Of a stretch of DNA of 64,000 nt, positions 56,184 through 64,000 are shown piece by piece; the stretch's first letter is position 1, and every line of letters begins with the position of its first letter. Under the pieces are notes generated by a model. That model was not told the DNA's origin. It did not search any database and worked only from the letters and a program-made list of their open reading frames with translations. The stretch comes from an uncultured Akkermansia sp. Lineage in GTDB: Bacteria; Verrucomicrobiota; Verrucomicrobiia; Limisphaerales; UBA9464. Made by a program: the position numbers and the translations under genes. The stretch covers positions 499 to 64,498 of the forward strand of contig CAYSGH010000016.1 in the NCBI GenBank assembly GCA_964430505.1. Reading direction: 5' to 3'.

Positions 56184-56822
56184 AAGGGAAGGGTCTGGCG
56201 AAGGCCAGCCTGCAATAAAGCGTGTGACTATCCCGAGGACGCTCCCGAGCGTCAAGAATCGCGACGAGGCGTGACCGGCCCTTTCCGAGTCCCCGCGCGG
56301 ACGAAAGGGCTCGAATGGCACAAACCGCGCGCGGCACTCCCATGCACGCGCATGGCGTGCCTCGTGGGAAACTCCTCGACGGAGTCGGTCTTCCCCCGGT
56401 CGGCATGTCCCGGGCACCATCGCGCGCTGGCACGAGGCGGTAGCAGCGCACCGTCGCCATGGCTCGCATTCCCGCGTGTCCTTGGCCGCACGGCGGGCTC
56501 GTCAGCCGCGCCCACTGTGCCCTGCTTGTCCTGCAAGCGGCATGTTTCCACACCACGAGGCGACCCCAATCGGGATGGTTGCCCTGCACGACCCGCGGTG
56601 CCCCACGCCGGCCGACCCAAGCCCCAGGCCCATGACGCGCTGCAAGCGCACGGGATCCTCGGACGCCGGACTCGATGCCTCGCCCAAAGGAATGGCGTCA
56701 CCCCCCCCTTGCACCTGGGGCCATCCAGCATGGTGATCCCCGGAGTTTTGTACGGCCCGGCCTGAATTCACGCTCCACAACGTGTCCAACCTGCTGGAAG
56801 GTCTGGATCATCTCATGATCTC

Positions 56823-59342
56823 ATGAAGCGCGGAATGACACGGCTTGGTGACCGAATGCTCGCCTTCGTTGGACGTTGGGCCCCGCCGGCGCTCCTCGGC
56901 GGCCTCCTCGCGGCGCACGCCATGGGAGCAGACGTCACGCCGCCTCACTGGGCCTTCCTGCCCGTCCAAAGGCCTGCCGTGCCCTCCGTGCCCACCCGCA
57001 TGGGGGGCGTCGTCCAACCCATGGACGCGTTCGTCCAAGCGAGACTGGCACGCGAACATGTCGTCCCGTCACCCGAGGCACCGCGTGCCACCCTGATCCG
57101 CCGCATCCACCTCGTCATGCTCGGCGTGCCGCCCACGCCCGAGGAGGTCCAGGCCTTCGTCCAAGATCCCGCTGCGGACGCCTACGAACGGCTCGTCGAG
57201 CGCGTCCTCGAGGATCCACGCCTCGGCGAACGCTGGGCACGGCATTGGCTGGACGTCGTCCGCTTCGCCGAGAGCAACGGCTTCGAAACCAACCGCGAGC
57301 GCCTCGCCGCATGGCGCTACCGCGACTACGTCATCGCCGCCTTCAACCAGGACAAGCCCTACGACCAGTTCGTCCGCGAGCAGGTCGCCGGCGACGCCCT
57401 CGACGCCCCCGTCGCCACCGGGTTCCTCGTCGGCGGCCCCGTGGACATCGTGAAGAGCCCGGACCCCGCCCTCACCGCCCAGCAACGGGCGGACGAGCTC
57501 GACGACATGGTGGCCACCACGGGCACCGCATTCCTCGGCCTCACGCTCGGCTGCGCCCGGTGCCACACGCACAAGTTCGATCCCATCACCCAGTCCGAGT
57601 ACCACGGCATGGTGGCCCTCCTCTCCGGCGTGCAGCACGGCGACCGCGACCTGCCGCCCGCGCCGCAGCGCATCGCCCAGCTCGCCGCCCTCGACGCCCG
57701 CATCCGAACCCTCGAGACGCGCCTGGCACCGCACGTGGCCAAGGATCCGGAAGCCCCTGCGGCCCAAGGCGCTCAAGCGCGGCCGCACGTGGACTTCGCC
57801 CGCAACGAGGAGGCCTTCCCGCCCGTCGAGGCCCGCTACCTGCGCTTCACCATCCTGGCCAGCAGCGGCGCGGAGCCCTGCATCGACGAGCTCGAGGCCT
57901 GGGCCGGGGACCGCAACGTCGCCCTCGCCTCGGCAGGCACCGTCGCCACCGCCTCCGGCACCCTGCCCGGCCATGCCATCCACCAGCTCGCCCACATCAA
58001 CGATGGCAAGGTGGGCAACGCCCGCTCCTGGATCTCCCACGAGCCCGGCCGCGGATGGGTCCAACTGGAGTTCAAGAAGCCCGAGCGGCTGCAACGCGTC
58101 GTCTGGGGCCGCGACCGCGAGGGCTCCTTCAAGGACCGCCTTCCCACCCGCTACCGGGTCGAGGTCGCCCTCGACACCAACCGCTGGCAGAGGGTCGCCG
58201 GATCCGCCGACCGCGCCCCCTTCCCCGGCACCTCCCAACGGCCCGCCACCCCCGCCTATGACCTCGCAGGCTTGCCCGCGCCGGAGGCCGACGCGGCCCG
58301 CCGGGACATCGCGGCCCTCGACGCCTTGCGCAAGGAACGCACCAGCCTCGCCGCCAACGACAAGGCCTACGCCGGAACCTTCTCGCAGCCCGGCGAGACC
58401 CGTCGCTTCCACCGCGGTGACCCCCTCCAGCCGCGCGAGGCCGTCGCGCCCGCCACCTTGTCGGTGTTCAACCCCATCGCCCTCGACGCCAAGACCCCCG
58501 AGCAAGACCGCCGCCTCGCCCTCGCCCGGTGGCTGTCCAGCCCCACCAACCCCCTGACGGCCCGCGTCATCGTCAACCGCGTCTGGCAACACCACTTCGG
58601 GACTGGCCTCGTGGACACGCCCAACGACCTCGGACGCAACGGCGCTCGCCCCACGCATCCCGACCTCCTCGACTGGCTCGCCAGCGAGCTCGTCTCCGAG
58701 GGCTGGAGCCTCAAGAAGCTCCACCGGCGCATCCTCCTCTCTGCCACCTGGCGCCAGTCCAGCACCCCGCGCCCCGAAGCCCAACGCGTCGATGCCGCCT
58801 CGCGCCTCCTCTGGCGCTTCCCGCCCCGGCGGCTCGAGGCCGAGGCCATCCGCGACTCCATCCTCGCCATCTGCGGCAACCTCAACCCCGAGCCCGGTGG
58901 ACCCGGCTTCTACCTCCACGACGTGGACCGCGAGAACGTCTATCATTACCACCCCAAGGAACACTTCGGCCCCGCCGAGTCCCGCCGCATGGTCTATGCC
59001 TTCAAGGTCCGCATGGAACAGGACGCCATCTTCGGGTCCTTCGACTGCCCCGACGGGAGCCTGGTGACGCCGCGCCGGAGCGCCTCCACGACGCCCTTGC
59101 AGGCGCTGAACCTCTTTAACAGCCGCTTCGTCCTCGACCAGTCCGCCACCTTCGCCGCACGCGTCGAACGGGAGTCCGGCCCCGCCCCCGCAGACCGCGT
59201 GCGCCGCGCGTGGGCGCTGGCCTACCAACGCGCCCCGGACGACGCCGAGCTGCGCGACGCCACCGGCTTCGCCGAAGCCCACGGCACCGCAGCCCTGTGC
59301 CGTGCCCTCCTTAACTCCAGCGAGCTTCTCTTCATCCCGTGA
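56823..59342 (+). CDS. DUF1549/DUF1553 (PSD1-type) protein with an inserted F5/8 type C (discoidin) domain
   Basis: Signal peptide. DUF1549 blocks [17 protein letters not shown] and [34 protein letters not shown]. Discoidin-like [24 protein letters not shown]...GWVQLEF. DUF1553 blocks [46 protein letters not shown]. Confidence 0.85.
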   Translation: MKRGMTRLGDRMLAFVGRWAPPALLGGLLAAHAMGADVTPPHWAFLPVQRPAVPSVPTRMGGVVQPMDAFVQARLAREHVVPSPEAPRATLIRRIHLVMLGVPPTPEEVQAFVQDPAADAYERLVERVLEDPRLGERWARHWLDVVRFAESNGFETNRERLAAWRYRDYVIAAFNQDKPYDQFVREQVAGDALDAPVATGFLVGGPVDIVKSPDPALTAQQRADELDDMVATTGTAFLGLTLGCARCHTHKFDPITQSEYHGMVALLSGVQHGDRDLPPAPQRIAQLAALDARIRTLETRLAPHVAKDPEAPAAQGAQARPHVDFARNEEAFPPVEARYLRFTILASSGAEPCIDELEAWAGDRNVALASAGTVATASGTLPGHAIHQLAHINDGKVGNARSWISHEPGRGWVQLEFKKPERLQRVVWGRDREGSFKDRLPTRYRVEVALDTNRWQRVAGSADRAPFPGTSQRPATPAYDLAGLPAPEADAARRDIAALDALRKERTSLAANDKAYAGTFSQPGETRRFHRGDPLQPREAVAPATLSVFNPIALDAKTPEQDRRLALARWLSSPTNPLTARVIVNRVWQHHFGTGLVDTPNDLGRNGARPTHPDLLDWLASELVSEGWSLKKLHRRILLSATWRQSSTPRPEAQRVDAASRLLWRFPPRRLEAEAIRDSILAICGNLNPEPGGPGFYLHDVDRENVYHYHPKEHFGPAESRRMVYAFKVRMEQDAIFGSFDCPDGSLVTPRRSASTTPLQALNLFNSRFVLDQSATFAARVERESGPAPADRVRRAWALAYQRAPDDAELRDATGFAEAHGTAALCRALLNSSELLFIP

Positions 59343-59371
59343 ACGATCCCCTGCCCCGCCTCCGAAGCCCC

Positions 59372-60841
59372 ATGCTCGACCGCCGCCGATTCCTCGGCGA
59401 CGTCGGCCTCGGCCTGGGCTCCATCGCCTTTGCCCATCTCCTCGGCCGCCAAGGCCTGCTCGGAGCCAACGTCGCCGGCAAGGAACCCTTCCGTCCCGCG
59501 ATCGACCCCGGCAGGCCCTACGCCCCCCGCACGCCCTTGTTCACCCCCAAGGCCAAGAACGTCCTCGTCATCTTTTGCAGCGGCGCGTGCAGCCACCTCG
59601 ACACGTTCGACTACAAGCCCGAGCTGGTCCGCCGCCATGGCCAGCCCATGCCCGGCCAGGAAAAGCTCGTCACCTTCCAGGGCGAGCAGGGAGCCCTCGC
59701 CCGCAGCCCGTGGGACTTCAAGCCCCGCGGCCAGTCGGGCAAGATGATCTCCGAGCTGGTCCCCCACCTCGCCGCCCTCGCCGACGACCTCTGCTTCATC
59801 CATTCCATGCAGGGGAAGACCAATACCCACGGCCCGGGCGAGAACTTCATGTCCACGGGCCAGACGCTCGACGGCTTCCCCAGCGTGGGCGCGTGGGTGT
59901 CCTATGCGCTCGGCTCGGAGGACCAGAGCCTCCCGGCCTACGTCGCCATCCCCGACCCGCGCGGGAAGCCCCAGAACAGCGTCAACAACTGGGCGCCCGG
60001 CTTCCTCCCCGCCGCCTTCCAGGGCACCGACTTCAACGCGCGCACCCCCATCCGCAACCTCGCCGCGCCCGGCTCCGTGGACGGCCGCCGCGACGCCGCC
60101 ACCCGCGCCTTCCTCCAGCGGATCAACGAGGGCCATGCCTCGCGCTTCCCCGGCGACGGCGAGCTCGCCGCGCGCATCGCCTCCTACGAGCTGGCCGCGC
60201 GCATGCAGCTCGCCGTCCCCGGCGTCGCCGACCTCTCCACCGAGCCCGCCCACATCCTCCGCCTCTACGGCGCCGACGAGGGCGGGTCGCACATCCTCGA
60301 CACGCGCGCCGCCTACGCGCGCAACTGCATCCTCGCCCGGCGCCTCGTCGAGAAGGGCGTCCGCTTCGTCCAGTTGTTCAACGGCGCCTACCAGACCGGC
60401 GGCGAGGGCGTCAGCAACTGGGACGGCCACAAGGACCTCCTCAACCAGTACAGCGTCCACGGGCCCGTCCTCGACAAGCCCACGGCCGGACTCCTCATCG
60501 ACCTCAAGCAACGCGGCCTCCTCGACGAGACGCTCGTCGTCTGGTGCACCGAGTTCGGGCGGATGCCCACCTTCCAAAAGGGCTCCAAGGGCCGCGACCA
60601 CAACCCCTCCGGCTTCACCTGCTGGCTGGCCGGGGCCGGCGTCCGCAAGGGCTTCTCCCACGGGGCCACCGACGACTTCGGATACAAGGCCGTGCAGGAC
60701 GTGGTCACCGTGCACGACTTCCACGCCACGATCCTCCACCTCCTGGGCCTCGACCACGAGCGCCTCACCTACTACCACAACGGCCTCGAACGCCGCCTCA
60801 CCGACGTCCATGGCGAGGTCGTCCGCCCCGTGCTGACCTAG
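59372..60841 (+). CDS. DUF1501 (sulfatase-like) protein with twin-arginine signal
   Basis: The ATG at 59372 gives [25 protein letters not shown] (a Tat motif). A GTG at 59339 overlapping the upstream stop is an alternative start. [26 protein letters not shown]-type C-terminal blocks ([10 protein letters not shown]). Confidence 0.85.
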   Translation: MLDRRRFLGDVGLGLGSIAFAHLLGRQGLLGANVAGKEPFRPAIDPGRPYAPRTPLFTPKAKNVLVIFCSGACSHLDTFDYKPELVRRHGQPMPGQEKLVTFQGEQGALARSPWDFKPRGQSGKMISELVPHLAALADDLCFIHSMQGKTNTHGPGENFMSTGQTLDGFPSVGAWVSYALGSEDQSLPAYVAIPDPRGKPQNSVNNWAPGFLPAAFQGTDFNARTPIRNLAAPGSVDGRRDAATRAFLQRINEGHASRFPGDGELAARIASYELAARMQLAVPGVADLSTEPAHILRLYGADEGGSHILDTRAAYARNCILARRLVEKGVRFVQLFNGAYQTGGEGVSNWDGHKDLLNQYSVHGPVLDKPTAGLLIDLKQRGLLDETLVVWCTEFGRMPTFQKGSKGRDHNPSGFTCWLAGAGVRKGFSHGATDDFGYKAVQDVVTVHDFHATILHLLGLDHERLTYYHNGLERRLTDVHGEVVRPVLT

Positions 60842-60901
60842 GCGTGCCCCACCCCGCAAAGGGGCTGGGTTTCAGGTCCTCACCGTTCGCCTCCGCCCCG
60901 C

Positions 60902-61894
60902 CTACGGCGTCGCCGCCGCAGACGTTGCGCGGGCCATCTCCAGCAACAGCCCCTCCAGCCTCGCCCAATACGCGTCGTCCGGCGGGGTCGGACGCTCGGC
61001 GCGCAGGGCCTCGATCCGCCGCTCGATGTCGTCCCGGCGCGCCCGTTGCTCCGGCGTCAGGCGGGCGCTGTCCGGACCGGGAGCCAGCGTCACCTGATGC
61101 GCCCGCAACCCATCCGTCGCCGCCGCATTCGCCGCCTTCCTCGTGGCGCGCGTGCCCTTGAACCACTCCGCCGGCGTGCCCCGGCCGTCGCCATTGTCGT
61201 CCAGCAACGGGTGCTCCGTCGCCAGCCGCGACTCCGCCTTGTAGGCCTCGGCCGTCCGTGACGCGCCAGCGAGGAACGCCTCCAGCAACGTGAGGTCGCC
61301 GTCCTGGTCGAGGTCCGTCGACTCCTGCTCCAGCAACCCCGCCAGCTCGTCCCCCAGACGGGTCGCGTTCACCTCGTTGCCGGAGCGCGTGGCGGTCAGG
61401 ACCACCCGGTTGGACCGGGCCAACGCGTTGATGAAGGGCGCGGAAGCCGACGCGAGGTTCACCACGGCCGTGGGGCGCGTGATCGGCGCGAGCCATTCCT
61501 GGAGGTTGGTCGCCGTCAGGTCGGGCCCGCGCAGGTTGAACCGGGCATGTCGGCCGTCGTGGGTGCCGTGCCCCACCAACACCAGGACCAGCGGCTCGAC
61601 GCCCCCGGGCGGGATGGCCCCCAACGCCGTACGCAGGGACGCCAGGTCGTTGGTCTGGGCCGGATCCAAGCCAATGACCGTGGACGTCGCGTGGGCGCGT
61701 TGGGCGAGGCGGGTCCACGCGTCGGCCTGTCGCGTGAAGTTGGTGGCGTATTGGGGCTCGCCCGGCGCACCCACCACGATGACAAACCGTGCCGGGTCAT
61801 TCGTGGAGGCGGGGGCCGGCGCGTCGGCCAGCACCCAACCGGTGGCAACGGCCACCCAAAGGCCGGCCATGCAAGGAAGGCTTCGGGTCGTCAT
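60902..61894 (-). CDS. secreted hypothetical protein (His-Gly caspase/legumain-like strand motif, two EF-hand-like loops)
   Basis: Last 330 codons of ORF 60902..63985, from the ATG at 61894 (MTTRSLPCMAGLWVAVATGWVLA, a signal peptide). FVIVVGAPGE, LVLVLVGHGTHDG, AVVNLASASAPF, DLDQDGDLTLLEAF, DDNGDGRGTPAEWF. Its ATG overlaps the upstream stop (ATGA). Confidence 0.6.
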   Translation of the reverse strand: MTTRSLPCMAGLWVAVATGWVLADAPAPASTNDPARFVIVVGAPGEPQYATNFTRQADAWTRLAQRAHATSTVIGLDPAQTNDLASLRTALGAIPPGGVEPLVLVLVGHGTHDGRHARFNLRGPDLTATNLQEWLAPITRPTAVVNLASASAPFINALARSNRVVLTATRSGNEVNATRLGDELAGLLEQESTDLDQDGDLTLLEAFLAGASRTAEAYKAESRLATEHPLLDDNGDGRGTPAEWFKGTRATRKAANAAATDGLRAHQVTLAPGPDSARLTPEQRARRDDIERRIEALRAERPTPPDDAYWARLEGLLLEMARATSAAATP

Positions 61895-64000
61895 GGCAGT
61901 CCTTGGTTGCGACGCAGCCCCCACTCGGCTGCCAGCGCGCCCAGAGCGACGAGGAACAACCATGGGTTGTGCCAAAGCGGCCGCGTCACGGTTTCCATCA
62001 CGGGCGCCGGCCTCAGCGGGAGCTGCTTGGCCAGCGCGTCCAGCTCGCCCATGGACACCACCCGTCCGCCCGTGCGCCGTGCCACCTCGTCCAGCAGCGG
62101 CCGGTTGGGAACCAACGACGCAAACTCGTCGGCCGCGAGGTCCGTCGCCCACCCGGCAACGGCCGATCCATTGGGCGCGCCCATGGCGTTGGTGACCGAA
62201 GCCGTGGCCTTGTACCCGGCCGTCATCCGCGGGACGAACGTGGCCTCGTACAAGCCCGGCTCGTCGGGCGATGGCTCGGCCGTGATGCGGATGGCCATCG
62301 GGGCGGTCCGAGCCCCGGGCGGCGCGTTGCTCACGGAGGCTCCGGCGGCCGCCGCGGGCGCCTCGCCAAACAGGACGGGCTCGACGGCCAGCGAGACAGA
62401 CGCGTTGTCCAAGGGCTGGTACCGCTCGTCCCGGGCACGCACGAGCAACCGGACGGCGCCGTTGGGATCGCCGGGCACGGGCTCGGTGGAAAGGTCCACC
62501 CGGTTGGGCGTGTCGGTCACGAGCCAGCGGACGAGCTGCCGCCACTGCTTGTCCATGTCCGCATGATGGTTGGTGTCCTGCATCCCCCAGCGCCACACGT
62601 CGCCCACGAGGAGCGCGGCCGCACGGCCCTTCCCAAAGCGCTGGGTCACCAAAGCCGGAGACTCGTTCCCCGTCGCGTCGGACACCGTGGCCACGACCGA
62701 CGCCGCCGCCTTCGCCGAGCGCACGCGGTTGAGCACCTGGAACGGGGGCATGGCCTCCATCCGGGCGCGTTCGTCGGGGAGGTTGTCGCGCAGGCGCGCC
62801 CACGGCTGGAGCAGGCCGTCGCGAGAGAGCTGCCATCGCAGCGGCCCGGGCGGAGCCGCCGCCGCATCGATGTCCCCATCCAAGTGCACCGGCAGGACCT
62901 CCCCGATCGGCGTCCGGGCATACGAGCCATCCTGGAAGCACTCCATCCCGCCCAGCATCAACAGGCCGCCGCCGCGCTCGGACACGAACTTCTGGACCAA
63001 CGCGGACTGCGCGGGCGAGAAGAAGGCCGCCTCGATGTCGTCCAGGATGACGGCATGGTACGCGTACAGCTCCTCGGGCGTGCGCGGGAAGCCGCCCCCC
63101 AGCTCGGTGGCATCCCGCGTGTTCAAGCGCGTCAGCACGGGCTGGTCGAAGCGCTCGGTCGTCTCGCGCGACTGGTCGCCGAAGCCCCGGAACAACGGGT
63201 TGCCCGTCTCGCCCGCACGGCCGCGGAAGTCGAACTTGGGCTCGCGCCGGGCGATGCGGATGAGCGCCGCCAACTGGAGCTGGTCGTCCTGTTGCAAGGC
63301 GCGGTTGAGGAACTTGAACTCCCAGTTCGGGCGCCCGGCCACGTACAGGATCCGGTACGGCCCGCCGCCGCGGTCGATGGCGAGGACGCGGGCGTTGTTG
63401 GCCAACGTCGCCTCGGCCGTGTTCGTGGCGTTGGCGTTGCGCCGCACCTCGTCCTCGGGCGCGACCCGAAGCTGGACGAACGAAAGGCCCGGCGCGTCGG
63501 GCTTCCATTGCAGCCGGGCGGAGGGTGGCGCGTCCGTGCGGGCGGGCGGGAGGTTCGTCTCGGCAAGGATGCGGCCGGCGCGGTCCAGCACCTGGGCGCG
63601 CAGCGTCGCGTTGCCAAAGCCCGTGGACGACGCCTCCAGCGTCGCCGACACGGGCGCGTCCTCGAAGGCCGACAACGCCACCGCGCTCCGACGCAACGCC
63701 ACGTCGCGGAGGTTGGCGTCGGACCCCACGACCACCGGGTACACCGGGGGCAGCCCCTCCAGCGGGGGCAAGGGGCCGGGAATGTCCGTCGCGTTGCCGT
63801 CGGTGAACACCAGCACGGCGGCCAACGGGCGCCCCTTGAAGCGGTCGCGCAACCCCACGAGCGACGACCCCAGGGCCGACGCGTTGCCGGAGAAGTCGAG
63901 CTCGCCGAAGTCGCGCGCGACGCGCAGGCGGGAGTCGAAGAGCAGCCGTCGCACCTGGAAGTGCTCCTCCAGGGACCGAAGCCACGGCGACCGCGCGGGG
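61891..64000 (-). CDS. VWA / class I glutamine amidotransferase-like (BatA-type) membrane protein, partial (N-terminus beyond window end)
   Basis: ORF 61891..63954. My translation shows the frame stays open to position 64000 (PARSPWLRSLEEHFQ precedes the listed start). AAVLVFTDGNATD (end of the VWA domain). RILYVAGRPNWEFKFLNRAL, HAVILDDIEA, GGGLLMLGG (GATase1-like). C-terminal TM WLFLVALGALAAEWGL. Confidence 0.7.
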   Translation of the reverse strand, partial: PARSPWLRSLEEHFQVRRLLFDSRLRVARDFGELDFSGNASALGSSLVGLRDRFKGRPLAAVLVFTDGNATDIPGPLPPLEGLPPVYPVVVGSDANLRDVALRRSAVALSAFEDAPVSATLEASSTGFGNATLRAQVLDRAGRILAETNLPPARTDAPPSARLQWKPDAPGLSFVQLRVAPEDEVRRNANATNTAEATLANNARVLAIDRGGGPYRILYVAGRPNWEFKFLNRALQQDDQLQLAALIRIARREPKFDFRGRAGETGNPLFRGFGDQSRETTERFDQPVLTRLNTRDATELGGGFPRTPEELYAYHAVILDDIEAAFFSPAQSALVQKFVSERGGGLLMLGGMECFQDGSYARTPIGEVLPVHLDGDIDAAAAPPGPLRWQLSRDGLLQPWARLRDNLPDERARMEAMPPFQVLNRVRSAKAAASVVATVSDATGNESPALVTQRFGKGRAAALLVGDVWRWGMQDTNHHADMDKQWRQLVRWLVTDTPNRVDLSTEPVPGDPNGAVRLLVRARDERYQPLDNASVSLAVEPVLFGEAPAAAAGASVSNAPPGARTAPMAIRITAEPSPDEPGLYEATFVPRMTAGYKATASVTNAMGAPNGSAVAGWATDLAADEFASLVPNRPLLDEVARRTGGRVVSMGELDALAKQLPLRPAPVMETVTRPLWHNPWLFLVALGALAAEWGLRRNQGLP

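Noticed and set aside
60842-60901. Possible bidirectional terminator between DUF1501 and the 330-aa gene (CCCCgcaaaGGGG followed by ctgggtttc)
   Set aside because: The stem is only 4 perfect base pairs with mismatches beyond, and the T-tract is short. That is too weak to call.
57069-61161. Long ORFs overlapping the DUF1553 and DUF1501 genes (57069..59282 minus, 59222..60859 minus, 59302..61161 plus, 56876..58261 plus)
   Set aside because: They are shadow or off-frame ORFs. The annotated frames contain the family-specific blocks, and these do not.
61895-63985. Upper two-thirds of the 1027-aa ORF 60902..63985
   Set aside because: Only the last 330 codons look like a protein (signal peptide at the ATG at 61894). 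The upstream part is Arg/Gly/Pro-rich and overlaps, in another frame, the well-supported VWA/amidotransferase-like gene.

Overview
GC-rich (about two-thirds G+C by eye, not computed) chromosomal segment. I support about 43 protein genes, one tRNA-Pro(TGG), one clear intrinsic terminator and a few candidate regulatory sites. I saw no rRNA, CRISPR array, transposase, integrase or prophage genes. The gene content points to a PVC-superphylum bacterium (Verrucomicrobiota or Planctomycetota-like): a DUF1549/DUF1553 + DUF1501 pair, a giant lamin-tail-domain/CotH surface protein, secreted LRR and Ig proteins, and a VWA/amidotransferase-like gene at the right edge. This taxonomic call is inference only. 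Housekeeping genes: ltaE (partial; not in the ORF track because it runs off the left edge), argC, recD2, ppk1, gluQ, tcdA, rpoD, a glutathione peroxidase, a glutamine-synthetase-like + aldehyde dehydrogenase pair, and a YdeP-type molybdoenzyme. Most interesting regions: (1) 8.5-13.8 kb, an envelope cassette of DUF3570 beta-barrel, orphan ApbE flavin transferase, TlpA thioredoxin, DUF4266 lipoprotein and a secreted Ig protein. The DUF3570 protein carries a sequence that fits the ApbE flavinylation consensus, and a sigma-54-like promoter lies upstream. (2) 38.4-49.2 kb, a 3602-aa secreted protein (PA14, Ig, CBM-like, 8 lamin-tail domains, a CotH kinase-like domain, 4 cadherin-like repeats). It sits at the end of a tightly coupled same-strand string: glcF-like Fe-S protein, methyltransferase, orphan ABC ATPase, extended HupE/UreJ, MOSC. 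The many long alternative-frame ORFs in the track are GC-driven shadows of real genes and are rejected. Internal start codons were placed by residue counting against the ORF track and checked against the sequence. Domain boundaries are by-eye estimates.
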